A program made the translations under genes and the position numbers. This document shows positions 63,665 through 64,000 of a stretch of 64,000 bases of DNA, piece after piece (position 1 is the stretch's first letter; every line of letters starts with the position of its first letter). The stretch lies in the NCBI GenBank assembly GCA_003427395.1, contig BFEA01000015.1, positions 6,283,528-6,347,527 of the forward strand, given 5' to 3'. A model generated the notes under the pieces. The model made no database searches and was not told the origin of the DNA. It worked only from the letters and a program-made list of their open reading frames with translations. The DNA comes from Chara braunii. Taxonomy: Eukaryota > Plantae > Charophyceae.

Positions 63665-64000
63665 CTGCTCTCAGGCACATAGCCATTGGAAGCCATTTTT
63701 CAGGAGAGGGGATTCACTTGAACTTTCAAGGGTTTTTTTTTTTTTGTTTACACTTTCGCATTTTCAGAAACACACAATCCGGTTTGTGTGGCAAAGGGGA
63801 TCGCCGGAGTCCCGGGAAGCCTGAGGTGCAGAATGGAGTAAAGACTTGGGGTCCATTACCCCTTGCTTGATACAGGTGCCGAGTCGGCCGACCCCTCTGG
63901 TTAAAAAAAAAGGGGTATCTTCAGTACAGTCACAAAAACAGTTTTTTTTAATTTTTTTTATTTTTTTTTAAAAGGGCGATGGCCTTGAGGTATTATCATC

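Overview
This is a repeat-dense eukaryotic nuclear scaffold segment with three N-gaps and two Nextera mate-pair adapter artefacts. The mitochondrial cob insertion, with a group II intron start after coding nt 274, and the plant-type U6 and LSU fragments suggest a streptophyte, probably a charophyte such as Chara (inference only). Only one intact host-like gene is visible: a single-exon, secreted, probably GPI-anchored protein (24979-25425, -). Its cysteine spacing matches LORELEI-like (LLG) co-receptors, but it has 6 rather than 8 Cys. Most of the rest is decayed mobile DNA. This includes a Sola/DUF7869-type transposase remnant with a palindromic repeat-spacer array and three L1-clade LINE copies, one of which begins at a U6 snRNA fragment. 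It also includes an ~11.6 kb DIRS/PAT-type tyrosine-recombinase retrotransposon (RT-RNaseH-Dam-like methylase, with the recombinase on the opposite strand) that carries a GATC-dense internal array. Smaller elements include three MITE families, tRNA-derived SINE-like pieces, a 25S/28S rRNA fragment and a cob NUMT. All calls were made by eye from motifs, with no searches run; reference sequences are quoted from memory.
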